A stretch of 64,000 nucleotides of DNA, taken from assembly GCA_017499595.2 (NCBI GenBank), contig CM038999.1:434001-498000 (forward strand), written 5' to 3'. Made by a program: the position numbers and the translations under genes. This document shows positions 1 to 14,143 of this stretch, one piece after another (the first letter of the stretch is position 1; each line of letters opens with the position of its first letter). Under the pieces are notes generated by a model. That model worked only from the letters and a program-made list of their open reading frames with translations, was not told the DNA's origin and ran no database searches. Origin of the DNA: Psilocybe cubensis. Its lineage: Eukaryota.

Positions 1-881
1 TGTGAAAGCGTTTCATCAATATGAAGGGCGAATATCGGAGAAGCGTAAAGCTCGACGCTGGAGGCCTCCTCTTCATTCTAACTAATTAGCGTTGGATCTG
101 ATCATGGGAAAGGCTTGCGTGCATTATTCTGTAGCCACATATTGTAAACCTTTTTTCTGTAGTAAGTGAGAATTAGTAGTCAGTTGGACTGCAAGCATAG
201 TACACCATGAGCCGTGATCCACGGCAAAAATGACAGTTCCAAGGCCATCATATAATATAAGTCATACGGCCTAACCTTTACTCCTTCATTTCAAATTGGA
301 ACCGAAACGTCTGAACCGTCTGATGCCATGTGCACCTTTCGAGCCGAGCATCCTCACTCCGGTAGAACATTATCTGCGTAAGTTACAGAAGGTTACAGAC
401 TGTTACAGACTTCAAGGATGAGCAAAACCAGTCGCTCTCTTACAGAGGGTCAATTCACTTACTTGTTTGCCCATGAAGACACAGGTCGTGTCCCGCAAGG
501 GCCCATGCAGTATCGAATTGATGTGCCTGGAAGGTTATCCGATTATCGTCCAGATGCACTGCCCGTTGCTGCAGGTTGGCCGCCACAAGGACCTGGAACA
601 TCATGACGTCGTCGATATGTTGAGCCTCCCCTGCGTTTCAATATTTATATGTATAAGGAAATTTTCTGCTGCCGGTGAGTGAACACACAGGAGAAGAGTG
701 GGATACACACTCGTATTTTGATATATACCCAGGTCGCTCATATTCCATTAGACAAGGATATCAGAAGAGCAAGAAAAAATACAAATGTTTGACATTCGAA
801 TCTTTACATGGCATGCACGTCGACAAAGCAAAGATCAAGGCTATAAATATTAGATGATAAAGATTTTATCTTTAGATATCT

Positions 882-3406
882 TTAGACCTTGGTTGTCTGA
901 AGCTCATAGCGAGATGTAAGAAGCCCTTCTTCAATGGCTTTGATTTCTTCAAAAAAAAAAAAACTATCAAAAATACTGTCAATTCGGATAATGTCAGGTT
1001 ACTCACGAAGTGCTAGATGACTCGAATGGAAGCGACACAAAGCAAGGTTGCCTATAGGGCAATTTCAGAGGCAAAGATGATAGGGTGTTCCGTTTCGACG
1101 ACGTACCCATCATGTACCATAAATTTACGACACCCAGATTTCTCCAAGCACCGTTTATTTCTCCTTCGTCGTTGAGACCCCAGATAGGTCTACACTTGTT
1201 GGCAACTTCTTCGCCACATACTTGACGGATATGGTCGATGGGAGTCCCAACTCTTCATGACACAATCAGGTGACGGTTTATGGATCGAGAAGACCAGGAG
1301 GAAATCATACTTACCCAGTGGAGAATACAACAACGTCAGCAGGGAGCTCAGAGCCGTTTTCGAATTTAATACTTGTTTCGGTAAAGCTCGAGATCGTGCT
1401 ATCTGTCTTCAACTTGATTTTACCTTCTGCAATAAGCTTGCTGGCCCCAGTATCTGTTAAGGTGATAGGGATTAAGAAATGGCAATGTCGATATAAAAAG
1501 GATGTACACACCGAGATAATATCCGCCGGCTTTGCTCCATGCCAGAAGGCCAAACCCAGTGTCTTTTATTCCTAAATTGGTACGGAAGCCAACTTTGTGG
1601 AGAGAGTCTAGTAGATCCCTATATATGTAGAGTTTTAGTATTACAGAGCCAACATCACAAGGTACCATCAGCGCACTTATCAAGTTCAGCGATACGTTTT
1701 GTTTGCCTTTGATTCAAGACTGTGGACATATGATGGGGGAAAGATGCATTGACGCGATCAACAATGTCAGCAGGAGGTCCCCCCTCCCAGTAACCCCCTA
1801 ATATTTTCATTAGCAAATAAACGCGCCTGACCAGGTCGACTGAATTACCTTTCATAATGACCTCCCAGCCGTTTTTAGTTGACATGATGTAAGTCGAACC
1901 GCGTTGGAACATGGTGACGTCTAGTAGCATCGAATAGCGTCGAAGAAGGAAAATGAATGGAGAGTCTAATGCATCAATTTTAGACTTCCTTACCAACGCC
2001 ATGCTGTTGGTAATCTTGAGATATGTCATGGGCTGAAATAAACGTCAGTGTTCTGAAGTTCTACATGACGAATAATCGAGGGTTCGACGTACCTGAAGTG
2101 CAAGCGCCCACCACCACGACTTTCTTCCCTTTGTGATCCAACGCGCGCTTATGCTGGCTTGAATGAAGGATCTGGCCTTTAAATTTATCCTTGCGGTTCC
2201 TTTTATTTTAATACAGCAAAGATATTGTAACCACAGCACGCTCACCATGTCAGGGTATTTGGGAATATTGCCCACACCACTACCAAGACCCGTACTGAAC
2301 ACGACGTGGTTCACCTCAAATTTCCTGTCGGTTCCATCACCGCGCTTGACGCTGACGTGCCATTTCAGTGTCGCAGGATCTTGCCGCACATCAGAAATTG
2401 TAGACGAAGTCCAAACGTTTAATTCCAGGGACTCTGCGTAAGACTCGAGCCAATTTGCCAGCTATGAAAGGGTCAGAAGATTTATAACCAGGGAGAAGAT
2501 ATCGACGGACCTTCTGTGCTGGCGTATACACAGGCCACGTCGATGGGAATCTGAGTCGTCCCAAGTTGATTAACGACAGGTAGAAAAGATATTACAACGA
2601 GTACTGACGGGATATATGGCATATGATCGTACCCTGTTAAGTGAACAATATCATTAGCATGAACAATGTAGACTATATCCGAGATACTCACAGATAGGAT
2701 CATGTAAGCAAAGTGCTTCATATCTGTTCCTCCAATTATCACCTATCCTAGGGTTCCTTTCGACGACCAACGAAGGAATATCCAGATATTTAAGTCTAGC
2801 AGCAATTTCGAGCCCACTTTGTCCACCGCCAATGACCAACACAACCGGGTCCTGGTCTGTGAAATCAATTTCGCGTTGGCGCTGAGCTTGCCACTTTCCA
2901 TGGTTGGGCTCCATGTTCCTCAGCGGTCCAGTCTTCTCAGGGAAATCAGTCAAGCTTTCGAGGTTGGTAAACACAACGTGCGCCTTCCATTCTCCGGCTG
3001 CTGAAGGAACTAGGCGTGCAATACCTGAGGCTTGGCCGACGTCAGTAGCGAAATCGAACATGAGACTGATCCAAGCTAAATCCGGGTAGGGTTGCTGTAA
3101 AGCCACAAATTGCTCTCGAAGTTTAATGTCGTGGATCTTGGAAAGGCTTAGACGGTCCTTGAGAAATTGGGCGATCCTCTCCTTTCCAGAGAAAGTTCGC
3201 ATATCCCAAGTCAGCGCCAGCATATCGCGCCAAAAAGCATCGGGAAGCAGAAGAGAAACAACGGCGTCGACATTGCCTGCGATAGCTGCTTGCAAGAAGG
3301 AAGAAAGCCAGTCTTGAGCAACCTTCTTCGCGTCTAGATTAGCAGGAAGTGAGGATACGCCCAGCCGCTCAAGAGTCGGGAGTGGTGTCTCGGGAACGTT
3401 AGCCAT
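882..3406 (-). CDS. Flavin-containing monooxygenase (FMO/YUCCA-like), multi-exon
   Basis: FAD-binding motif VLVIGGGQSG followed by ERNPRIGDNWRNRY..LHDP; second dinucleotide motif VVVGACTS; DVVVFSTG; last exon IKAIEEGLLTSRYELQTTKV* ends at 882; many short GT-AG introns. Confidence 0.88.
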
Positions 3407-4520
3407 GGCGATTTAGATATCAAGTTGGGGTAGAACAGAAGTGAGGAGAATGACAACAAGTAGGAGCATTATATGACGATATTAAAATGAGACCGGTACG
3501 GCTTCTTGCAGTAAACGACTAAACGCATTCTTCATGTTATGCAAAGGTCGAAGACAAGAATGGAAAGTCTCTCCAGGGGTTCTATTTTAAGGTCACATGT
3601 TTTCCGCCATCATGACCCATGACGTTTTACCAGTGATGGAAAACTTGAAAACAGTGATAACCTCGTAGAAAGGGACAAATTGTGACGCTTAAGCCCTATC
3701 GAATGACCTTGAAGGATGATAAATGGGACACTTACCACATCTCGGCACCTTCGAATTTCATTATGCCCCAAATATTTCGTGCAAGGATGAGGGAATTTGC
3801 TTTTAGGCGATGCCTTGTGATCATTCAAGGGTGCAGAGTCGTCGCTGTTATACGAAGGAAAAGAAAGCAATGCGATGTCTGGATCGTCTGCATTTACCGG
3901 ACGCAACACGAGAAATAAACACGTCAAGAAACAAATGCAGAATGAAATGATTGAGGTGGTACAGAAGTGGTCGTTACAAATGCGTGAACGTGAAAAATCA
4001 TTAAAAAATACATCCAGATAAAAAGTTATATGCGCACAGCAAAGCAGCGGTACCATATCATATGGTATGCCGGCTGATCAGAAAGTAACATGTACAAAAA
4101 AGTTGAAAAGGGGCAACTTTCTAAAAGATACATAAAATGAGATCAAAACGCAAGTCACCAACAGATTGAAATTGTTCAAGTTCAAGCAGAGAGGCCGAAA
4201 AGTTGAAGGAGTAATGCATAGAGTTGAATGGCATAGACCTGAAGAAATGCGTTGGCACCGAGAGTAGAGGCGAGAGGAAACTGAGAGGATGATGAAGTTA
4301 GGACGACCTGGGTGACAGAACGAACAGTGGCGACCTGCTCATCGGGTGCAATTGGAGAAGAGGAAGATGAAATGCTATGGAGTGTTTCAGCAGTTGAAGG
4401 TGTCGAATTTATATTCATTGAGTCTGGTGGCGGATGTAGGGACGAAGGGGGAATGGAATTGTCAGAGGGGGGTGTTAAAGTAGAGTGTAGGCTTTGATTT
4501 TGGTTTCCGCCGCCATTTAG

Positions 4521-7500
4521 TCATGACCCGTCACTCCACAACGGAGGCGATTCCGGTCTCCAGGGCGCTTCCGTGACCCAGCCTGGGGGTGGTGGGAACG
4601 ACCAGCTGGCCTGCTGGGGAGGGTGCAAGGGCATAGGAGGGAGGGGGGGCATATTTTCTCCTTCGTCATCGGTATAAGGAAGAGGTGGCTGATTTTTGCA
4701 AGCACTTTTCGAGGACTTCGACGATTTGGATGAAGACGACGAGGAATCAGAATCGGAGGAGCCAGAGCCCGACTCAGAATCGCTGTCATCGCTTTCAGAT
4801 TCTACTTTCTTCTTCGACTTCTTCGTTGTGGACTTATTCTTTTCTTTCTCCTTCTCCTTCTCCTTTTCCTTGCCTTCTGACACAGCCTCTTCCTTGACTG
4901 CATCCTTCGTGTCGTCTACCTTTTTCTCACCTTGGAGTGTTTTTTTCGACGATTTTTTATTCTGCTTCGCTTCGGATTTTTCCTTGGGGGCAGCTTTGTC
5001 GTTGTCCGATTGATCCTTAATCTCCTCCTCTGCATCGGATGCGTCCTTGTCGTCGTCTTCCTTATCTTTCGACTTGGACTTCTTTTTGGCGTCTTTCTTC
5101 TTCTTCCTCTTAGCGGCCTCTTTGTCCTTGAGCTGCTGACGCATCTTCTCCAATTCTTCCTCTTTCTCTTTCTCCGCGATAAGCTTCTTGATTTTCTCAA
5201 GTTCCTGGTCTTTCTTATCTTGAGCCTTCTTTTGCTTTTCCTTTTCCTGGGCTTCTTTACGCCGCTTCTCGCGCTGCAAGTTGATAAGTGTAAATAATGA
5301 GAGATGAATGAGGTATGGAAGAAAAACGTCAACTAACCAGGGCTTTCTCCTTGATCTCTCGTGCCTCTTTCTCGCGTTTAAGCCTCTCCCGCATCTCACG
5401 CTCATTCTTTACCCACTCCTCGACACCGTTCGCAGCAGCCTCGGGCTGGGCCTTGTGCTTCAACAAATCTGTCAATAAAAACCATCAGTAAATTGATACA
5501 TTTCATTTGTAATTGTTATTGAAAACACCCACATCCTTGTAGTCCAGCAACACTGAACTCGTCTTCCGGAAGACCGTCGGCGAATTTCTTTGCAAGAGCA
5601 GCGAGAGTTTTCCTGTCCAGGGGCTTCACCTTGTTAAGTGACGGATCAGGAGGAGGAGGGAGATAAGCTGTGTTCGAAGCCCCAAATTGGTCTTTATCCA
5701 TTGCGATGTGGTTGGAACCAGGCGAATCAGGTATGGGAGAGCCAGAGAAGGTACGCGGTAGAGGGGGAGACATAGTTTCTGAAGGGGAACTCAGCATTGG
5801 GGAAGTACTTCCCGATGCCATCAATGAGGCCGACGACGGGAGAGAACCGGAAATAAGAGAGGATGCAGACGATGCGAAGCTGGTCGACAGGGACCATAAC
5901 GGCTTGCGCTCATCGCTGCGTTTCCCGTTGGCGGCAGCATTCACACGCTGTTCGTTAGGCACAAATGTGCGCACATTGCCGTCCTTGTCTTGCACCTGTA
6001 CATCAATGTCAAGGCCTTCAAGCTCCGGGTCAGTTTCCTGAACAATTTCTTCTTCTTCACAGGGGAAAAAGTTGCGGAACAACGCCTCAGCTTGCCATTT
6101 CGATGCATTCTTGAATTCCACCCATACGTCCATTCTTCCTGGGCGCGACAGCGCGGGATCTAGCCGCTCCAAGTGATTGGTTGTTCTGAATGATGTATCA
6201 GCAACCATGTCACTGTAAGCGCTTATAGATGTGATGCCTGACTCACGCAAACAATAGACGGCCTTCAGACGCAGCCACGCCATCGAGGGCATTCAGCAGG
6301 CCACTCAAACTGAGTGTGTTCATATCCGACAGACCAGGCCGTCCATATCGCCTTCTTGAGCCACCAAAGCCACCCCCTAGGCCACCACCATAGCCTGGAA
6401 AGGCATGAAGATCAACACCAGAGCCTCCTTGTTGATTGTCGCCGGATCCTAGATCGTCGAGGTTGTCGTCATCACGGTTTGTGCTTCTCACAAAAGCTGC
6501 ATCCAGATCTTCAAGAAGAAGTACACAACGAGCAGGCACACGCCCCATCAGGTTCGTGAGCGTATTATCAGAGATCCATGATGCCGATAGCGAAACGACA
6601 TAGATGTCTAGCTGGAGCTGACCGGCTAAAGCATGGATCAAAGAGGATTTGCCGGATCCAGGTACTCCGTGTAGGAGGTAGCCGCGTCGAAATGGAATAC
6701 CGCGGTCAGCATACCACTGGATGAAGAAAAATAGTCAGAATTCGTTCTTTGGTTCTACGAGAATCGAAACAACAGAGAACTGACGAAAAAGAGAACCGCA
6801 CCTTTTCGCTTTTCAGGAAGTCACGTGCATCATCAACCAGCATTTCCTTGACCCCTGGATTGAGCACAATGCTTGATAGTGGGCGCTTGTGCCGTGAATC
6901 GGTCCACCTCCACGACCCATGCGCGTCGGCAAAGTAGATTTGGATGCGGTGCACTGCTTCGGCTTCATACTCCTTCTTCGCTTGCAGCACCAACTGCTTC
7001 AAGATGGCGTTGGAGCGTGCCACCACGCTGGCGGAAATCACAATTGGTCAGCTTATGTTTAGGGGTGTAATGCGGGCGGCTAACCTAATAGACAGCATCT
7101 CCGTGCCCGTATCTTGCTTCTTCCCCCGCCGAACGCGGAGCCAATGCCCACGATAGAAGATAGTGTGCGTAGTGTCATACGTCGGTTGGAACACCACCCT
7201 GGTTTTGGGGCGACTCTCGCTGTCAGGGTCCCAGCCATTTGAGTTGTTCGACTCTGCGACTTCCCATTGATCCCAATCAGCGTCCTCGGCGGAGTAGTGA
7301 GATGAAGAAGACCCTCCAGGACCGGCGGTGCGCGTCGTAGTCTCGAACTCGCGTGAGCGTTGCCACTCTGGACGACGCGAAAGCCACAACATGAGCCAGT
7401 CATACGGAAAGTCCTCTTCGCTGAAGTGGGCAGTGAGGAAGAACGCTATTAAATGGAGGTCAATAACACGCTACAAATTGAACAGAGCACTAATACGATG

Positions 7501-7757
7501 CAGAATGACACTGTGTGTACAAATGAAAGGCGAAATTGTAATTGCCACTCACAGTTCACGAAATGCGACCTTCGTGAAGAATGGCAGTGTGAGTTTTAAT
7601 GCGTTTAACAGGACAAACGAACGCACCAAGCAGAGCTAGACACCCGACGAGCCGTTTCGACTGTGCCACCTAGAACGACAAGCTTCATGCCGTCGATGAC
7701 AGAGGAGCCTCCGTGCCCTCCTACGAGGGGCTGAATTAGAGACTTGAAAGCATCCAT
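4521..7757 (-). CDS. BCS1-like AAA+ ATPase with long charged/acidic C-terminal extension
   Basis: GIPFRRGYLLHGVPGSGKSS (Walker A), LLLEDLD (Walker B), LSGLLNALDGVAASEGR, TTNHLERLDPALSRPGRMD; start MDAFKSLIQP at 7757; 17-nt exon at about 7552-7568. Confidence 0.88.
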
Positions 7758-10001
7758 GGGTGGCGGATGTAACTTGAGATGGTGGTGGTGGTAGTTAGAG
7801 AAAGAGCCGAAGCATAAGTCAAAGGTGAGTTAAGTCCTTGGAAACCCTGAGAACACGTTATGTGAACAATTACACTGTGTGACTAGGATTTGGTACAGTA
7901 TTTTGGGGATGACTAGGGACACGGCCCCGGGCCCGACACTTAAGTTGTCGAAAAGGGGTAATCTGAATCGGCAAAGTATAATGTGGGCTATATGCAGGCC
8001 CACTTATCATTATCTTATAAAAGACTGTGCGTTCAGTTATGAACAGGTTGTGAATGCAAGACGGTGCATCAGCACCGCCTCCGCATATCTCTAGGTCCCC
8101 TACCCTTTTAGCAGCGCCTCGAGGCATCAGGAACGCCTTAACACAGTGCAGTAATAGCGCCGCGTGCTGCGGTCCGCTCCCATTAAAGTCACGCCACCAA
8201 TGTGATCGCTGGAGCACCCTCGTCTGACCTTGCTAACCATTCATTAAGTTCAAAGCTCACATCTACCCTTCGAAACTTGGTAGAGACCCTCGATGATAAT
8301 CGACATCCGTTCTCAAGGAAAACTTTAAATTACTGGCCTATCTCCTTGTGTATATACGGAAATGGAAGAATTCAGAACACCCGGAGAGTCTTATTTTCGT
8401 TGTCTGAAATCTCATGGAGTTGTGTCATTTCAATCCCGAACATCAAAATGGATATCGCTAAGTAGGCCAGCTTTGAAAACAAATGCGGTTTGAGAACCAT
8501 CTACCCCGTTCTTCTCATCGATATCAATGATGCTTTGAAAGTCGATTATGATTAGTGTCCCTTCGGGAAAAGCAGATAATAATAAGGAGAATGACTAGCT
8601 TCGTCGATATCCCTGACTGTCAAAAATTACAGAGATATGTAGGCGTTCTGTTGTCAACCATCTGACTGTCACACAATACCTGGCAGCTATTGGGATCTTC
8701 CAATTACATGGTACATAAGCCTGTTGTAAGAATGTGTGGTAACATGAAGTAGAAATATATCTTGAATCCCTTGTAGTGCCTACTCAATATCCAGTTCATT
8801 TATTTTATTTTCAGAGCGGCCAGGTCCCTGGCCCCGGGACGGTTTAAGGCTGTAAGGTCACTCGGGGTTGGAAACCTTTTAACTTGGCATGCGTGGCTTT
8901 CTATTTTTATTCTGTACCCCGAGGTTGCACTTGATGAGGCGGTCCACGACTCCTCACCTGTGCGCATGAATCGATGTCGTAAAACCTGAATGGACATGCC
9001 AGTCGTATCCTCCCGGATTTGAAGGGGTGAGTCTTAGTGTTGCTATTTCAAGCACAATGCAACAAATTGTGTAGTCCAATTTTACCAAATTGAAATCGTA
9101 CAACTAGGTGGTTACATTAGTTACTCGAGCCTGTACGGAATGTGTATGAAAGAATATGTGCTAGTGCATCGCAAATTTTTCGACCGGGACCAGGAAGTTA
9201 AGGATTTTTCTACGCTACCGGCATACCACAGAATTCAGAGCAGCATTCTTAAAATCTATCCAGATTTTATTTTGAAGCTATTCCCAGATGATTCTTAACC
9301 GCAAGGCCCTGCTTCTACAGCGGTGTACTACGTAATTTAATGAACCTATAGATTTCTAGTATTTTAAAATGGTAGAGCCTGGAAACATTAAGAAACTACT
9401 CCTTATCTTTCATCAATATCATTAAATTTAGCGTCAACTTTGATTAAATGTGGATAGGCATCAAGGATGAAGGTGTTAAATGTCAATATCAACGTATGGT
9501 ATGAAATATGGATGCATCGATGCGGTAGTGGAGTTAGTATACTTATAATTGAGAAAGATTATCACGATTGGATTATAGAAATCTATCATGAAATCCATAA
9601 CGTATAACGCATATAAGTGTAAGAGTATCCGTACCCGCCTTGTGCACCCTGATATTCTCTCTGATCTCCTACTATTAGGCCCGCCAAAGGCATACCATTA
9701 GGCATGCTATTAGGCGCCCCAAAGACAAAACTTAAGGCGGGTAGGCGCTTGCGCTTAGTTGTTGCTGAAAGACACGAACACCAGAAGTCGGTTAGAACAC
9801 ATTACTATAACCTTTCAATATACTACTGTTTTATAAATATGGCACAAAATAATAAAGCACCAATATCTTGTGTGCACATGTCCCAAAATCCTTAGATATA
9901 GATAAAATTACACCCCTGTTTTGTGTCGACCAGGCGTGCCGTCCAGCGTTCCGTTATTCCATAATCTTGACCGGCTAATGAATATCCAGACTTGCACCGG
10001 T

Positions 10002-10952
10002 ATGCCATCATCGCATGATCCCACAAATCCCCCTCGTCCTTCTAGATCTCTAGAAGGCAGAGTTGCAATAGTTACGGGGTCTGGCTCCAGAGCAAAAGGA
10101 ATAGGAAACGGAAGAGCAGCAGCCATCCTTCTCGTTGAAGCTGGCGCGCGCGTTGTATGCTTGGATGCCAACCTGGAATGGGCTGAAGTCACCATCTCAA
10201 TGATCGAGGAGGAGTTTGGCAAGGATAAAGCGTTCGCTTTGCAGGTAGATGTCACTGTTGAGGCGCAATGCAAACTAGCAGTCGACACGGCCTTGGAACG
10301 GTACGGACGATTAGACATCCTCGTGAACAACGTCGGCGTAGGAGGCCCTGCTGGAACGGCCATCGATGTCGACCCTAAGGAGTGGGCGAGAGGCCTCGAA
10401 ATCAATGTTACTAGTATGATGCTCATGACAAAATACGCGGTTCCTGCTATGGAGAAGAATGAGAGACATCCGATTTCGGGGCGTGGCAGCATCGTCAATA
10501 TAGCCAGTGTTGCGGGACTTCGCGGTGGTACACCAATTTTACTGTATCCCACGAGCAAAGGGGCTGTTGTGAATATGACCAGAGCTATGGCTGCGCATCA
10601 CGCTCCAAGTGGAATCAGAGTTAATTGCGTTTGTCCAGGTGGGCAATGCTTTGACCTTTTATTGAACTTTGCTGACATTGTCTGATTTTTAGGGATGCTT
10701 TACACCCCGATGCTCTACGGTTCTGGAATGTCTGAAGAAGTTAGAGAGGCTCGTCGCTCACGTAGTCTTCTGAAGACAGAGGGAAATGGCTGGGACACCG
10801 GATGCGCTGTCAGATTTCTTGCCAGCGACGAGGCTAGGTGGATGACCGGTGTTATTTTACCTGTGGATGCAGGGTCTACAGCTGCCACGACCGGAATGAG
10901 CGAAGGAATGTCATCTACTCTCGCAGGAGGAACACAAGATGCTGCCCAATAG
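10002..10952 (+). CDS. Short-chain dehydrogenase/reductase (classical SDR)
   Basis: TGSGSRAKGIG cofactor motif, NNVG, catalytic YPTSK, IRVNCVCPG, one intron at about 10640-10692; start could alternatively be the ATG at 9978. Confidence 0.9.
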
Positions 10953-11555
10953 TAAATTTCAAAGAAATATCTTTGCATTTGAAGATTCTTTTTCGCTCGC
11001 AATACATTTGAATCACCAAAATATAACAATGAGGAAAACTCATATATTCCCTTCCCTCTGAAATAATTAACTTCCATTTTCATACCTATTACCCAAGGAA
11101 AACATTTGAGGCAGTCTTAATGACAATGGTACTACACAACCAGAACCCAACCTTTCTCTGAAGGCTGTCCTAGTTCCCCCAGGATAAGCGCCCTGTGCTT
11201 CCACTGGTCAAATAGGGGTTTCTTCAACGTTCAAGACGGCGGGCCGGTATGATCGATCGATCATTTTCCAGGCACAGGGCACGGTTAAGATCGAAATAAT
11301 AGAGAGCTGCTGAAACGTTGTTGAACAGGCGACAAGGAATTTTCTCCTCTATAAGCTAACCTCAGTCTTGTCTTTCACTCCTCCCATAGACGTTCTCCTT
11401 CCCTCCATCATATGTTGTAAAATGTTTTCCAGCCCTGGAATACGTCTAGAAATGGAGAGTCCTTCATATTAAATGACACCAGATCGCGTCATCTCACACA
11501 ATCGAAGTCTTTTATAAGCGTGAGCCGTTCGTTCATAGTTCTTTCTAAACAAAAC

Positions 11556-12994
11556 ATGACCTCGAATTCTGCTCCCAACGACTTCTCCTCCATCCCCATA
11601 CTTGATTATTCCCTATTAAATACGATTGATGGCAAATCAAAGTTCTTGGATCAGCTTCGCCATGCGCTTATCAACGTTGGATTTCTCTACCTGTCCAACC
11701 ATTCGGTGTCACAAGCAGACATTAACTCGTTGATCGAATATATCCCGAAACTATTCGACCTACCCCAGGAGGCAAAGGATGACATCAAGATGGCAAATTC
11801 TGAACATTTTTTGGGTTATTCGCGCTTGGGAGCAGAGTTGACAAAAGGGGCGGTCGACCAGAGGGAGCAGTTTGACTTTGCGACGAAGCATGTTTCGAGG
11901 TGGAAGAAGGAAAGCGATCCGGATTATTTCCGACTATGGGGTCCTTGCCAGGTGCGCTATTCATTATTGTATTTGTAGTCCTTCAATTAATCTTTGATTT
12001 TTGCTCAGTGGCCAGATGAGAAACTCATTCCCGGTTTTAGAGATACAATGGAGCGTTATTTAGACCAAGTTCAAGCCCTCAGCTACAAATTTGCCTCCCT
12101 CATAGCCGAAGCATTTGGTCTTGGGCCTGATGGGCTCTCTGAATTCTACGACTCGCCAGAATTGATGCAGCACCGCTCTAAGATCGTGAAGTATCCTGTT
12201 GTCGAGGGTTCGAGCGACCAGGGTGTTGGTCCTCACTACGATGCTGGTTTCCTAACATTCGTGAGTATCGGTATGAAACTCGACATTCTGGACAATTTAA
12301 CATGGGTATCACACAGCTTTTACAAGCATCGGATCATCGAGGATTGCAAGTACAGAATCTATCCGGGCAGTGGATCGACGCCCCACCTGTACCCGGCACG
12401 TTTGTTATTAACTTTGGAAAAGGTATCTCAAGCCGTAAAACACAACGACATTCCTGGTTTTCAACGTAATTTTTTCACAGCTTTGGAATTTGTTACCGGT
12501 GGACTTGCGAGAGCAACGTCTCATAGGGTTCTTTCTCCCAAGGGTTCCACCCCACGATATTCAGTGCCATTCTTCCAGAACATTGGACTGGACGTGAAGC
12601 TTACCGATCATGTCCTCAAATGTGAGCATCTAGTTCATATTCAGTTGAGTATCATACTCACATGGTTTCCACAGTCCCTCCCGAAATATTGGCTTTGAAG
12701 AGGACAAGAGGAAACGTTGCCGCTACTGACTGTAAGCGTGCTTCGCTACGGGTCCAATGTTCCTGTTGCTGATAAACTGCATAGCTGTCAACTTCACCGA
12801 ATTCGATCGCGAACCGTCAGGGAAAGTCAATTTGATAGGCAGAGTAAAGTAAGACAAACTTCCCGTCCGATTTCTTAAGAACATGTACTTATCATTACAC
12901 CAGGAGCCACCCCGATGTTGCGGAGCGTCATTATCCAGAACTTTTCAAGAAAGTGTTCCCTAACGGATATTCTGGCAAGGGAAGTGCCTACTGA
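11556..12994 (+). CDS. 2-oxoglutarate/Fe(II) dioxygenase (isopenicillin N synthase-like fold)
   Basis: DIOX_N-like IPILD...GFLYLSNH; HYD...H iron triad (GPHYDAG, ATSHRV); RYS 2OG-binding motif; multi-exon. Confidence 0.9.
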
Positions 12995-14143
12995 TTTTTA
13001 CACTTCGTCAATTATATTTTGTACAATTAAGTGTACAATAAGGCAATGGTACAGTAAAAATGTAATAATGTGTATTTGTTCTATCTTCAAGGTTCATATT
13101 CTGGTTGACAACCAGCAACAGAGTTCATGAGTTGTATACTGGGGTACATTGAATAAAGCACACTGCCAACACCAATGCAACTTACATCTTACATATCCAA
13201 ATTGCTAACCGAACTCAATGAGCCTGATCATTCGAGCAAACTAACAGTCGGAGCTCTAGAGACTTGCAGAGGAGCTACGGAGCCTGGATGATTTCACCCG
13301 TCGCTCGACGCACTGCCAGAAGACGGCCTTCGCATCATTTCCCAAGGTGCAGACTTCATCAACGTTTCCCTGTCTCTGTGCGTTTCAAAACGCCTTTGTC
13401 CCAAGGTGCTGAATTACAATGGCCAATCTTCTAATGTTTTAAGAGGTATCCGGCTTTCCGAATCAATAGGAAATCTTATGTTTGTAATGGTACACGTAAC
13501 GAGTTGGTCGTGATGCTGATGATGCCACCTCCGAGAGCCTGTGCTACGTCCGTTCCTGACTCAAATTCGTGGGATGCCATCCACCCAAAGTTTTTCATTA
13601 GAAAGTGTAGCTCACCCAATATTTTTTTTGAAATTGCATTATCATCCAAACTTTTGTATCTAATATTATCGTTAATAAGCGCTCGTTCGGAAGCGTTTCT
13701 CATCATTCAGCGTCGAACGGAAACATACCCGTTCTGTTTGAAACGTTCGCCAAGCCATTCGGCGTTCCCGGATCACTGGAATAGCGCCCGTAACGGTTTG
13801 AGCAACAGGGCTGACGTATTTGAAGGCAAAGGTGATTACTCACATTGGTCAAGGATCTCCTTGTTAAACCCCTATCATAGGCACATCAAAGATTGCGGTG
13901 TGTGAATCCCGGCAATCATTGGTCTCCACGAGCACTGTGCATCGCAGTCATCGTAATTATGTGTGGAATACCGAGGTGTTTTCATCCCACCAAGATGTCC
14001 ATAAGCCACAGAACCTGTCGCAGAAGATTGGCGTATTACCTTTGTCGTTCTTCCTTTACTTTCCTTATTCCTGCCATTAGTGAACGCCCCTTGCCTCTCG
14101 CCTCGCGATAACTGCCTTCCATCTTCAAGCAACCCAGTACACA

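Noticed and set aside
400-741. Possible small spliced gene on the minus strand
   Set aside because: Plausible splice signals, but no coherent model or recognisable product could be built.
9670-9760. Three ATTAGGC copies and a GC-rich stretch upstream of the SDR gene
   Set aside because: Too short and irregular; no TIR, TSD or convincing Helitron end.
882-12994. FMO, SDR and 2OG oxygenase as a possible secondary-metabolite cluster
   Set aside because: No PKS, NRPS or terpene synthase backbone, transporter or regulator in the window, and the genes are interleaved with an unrelated AAA ATPase.
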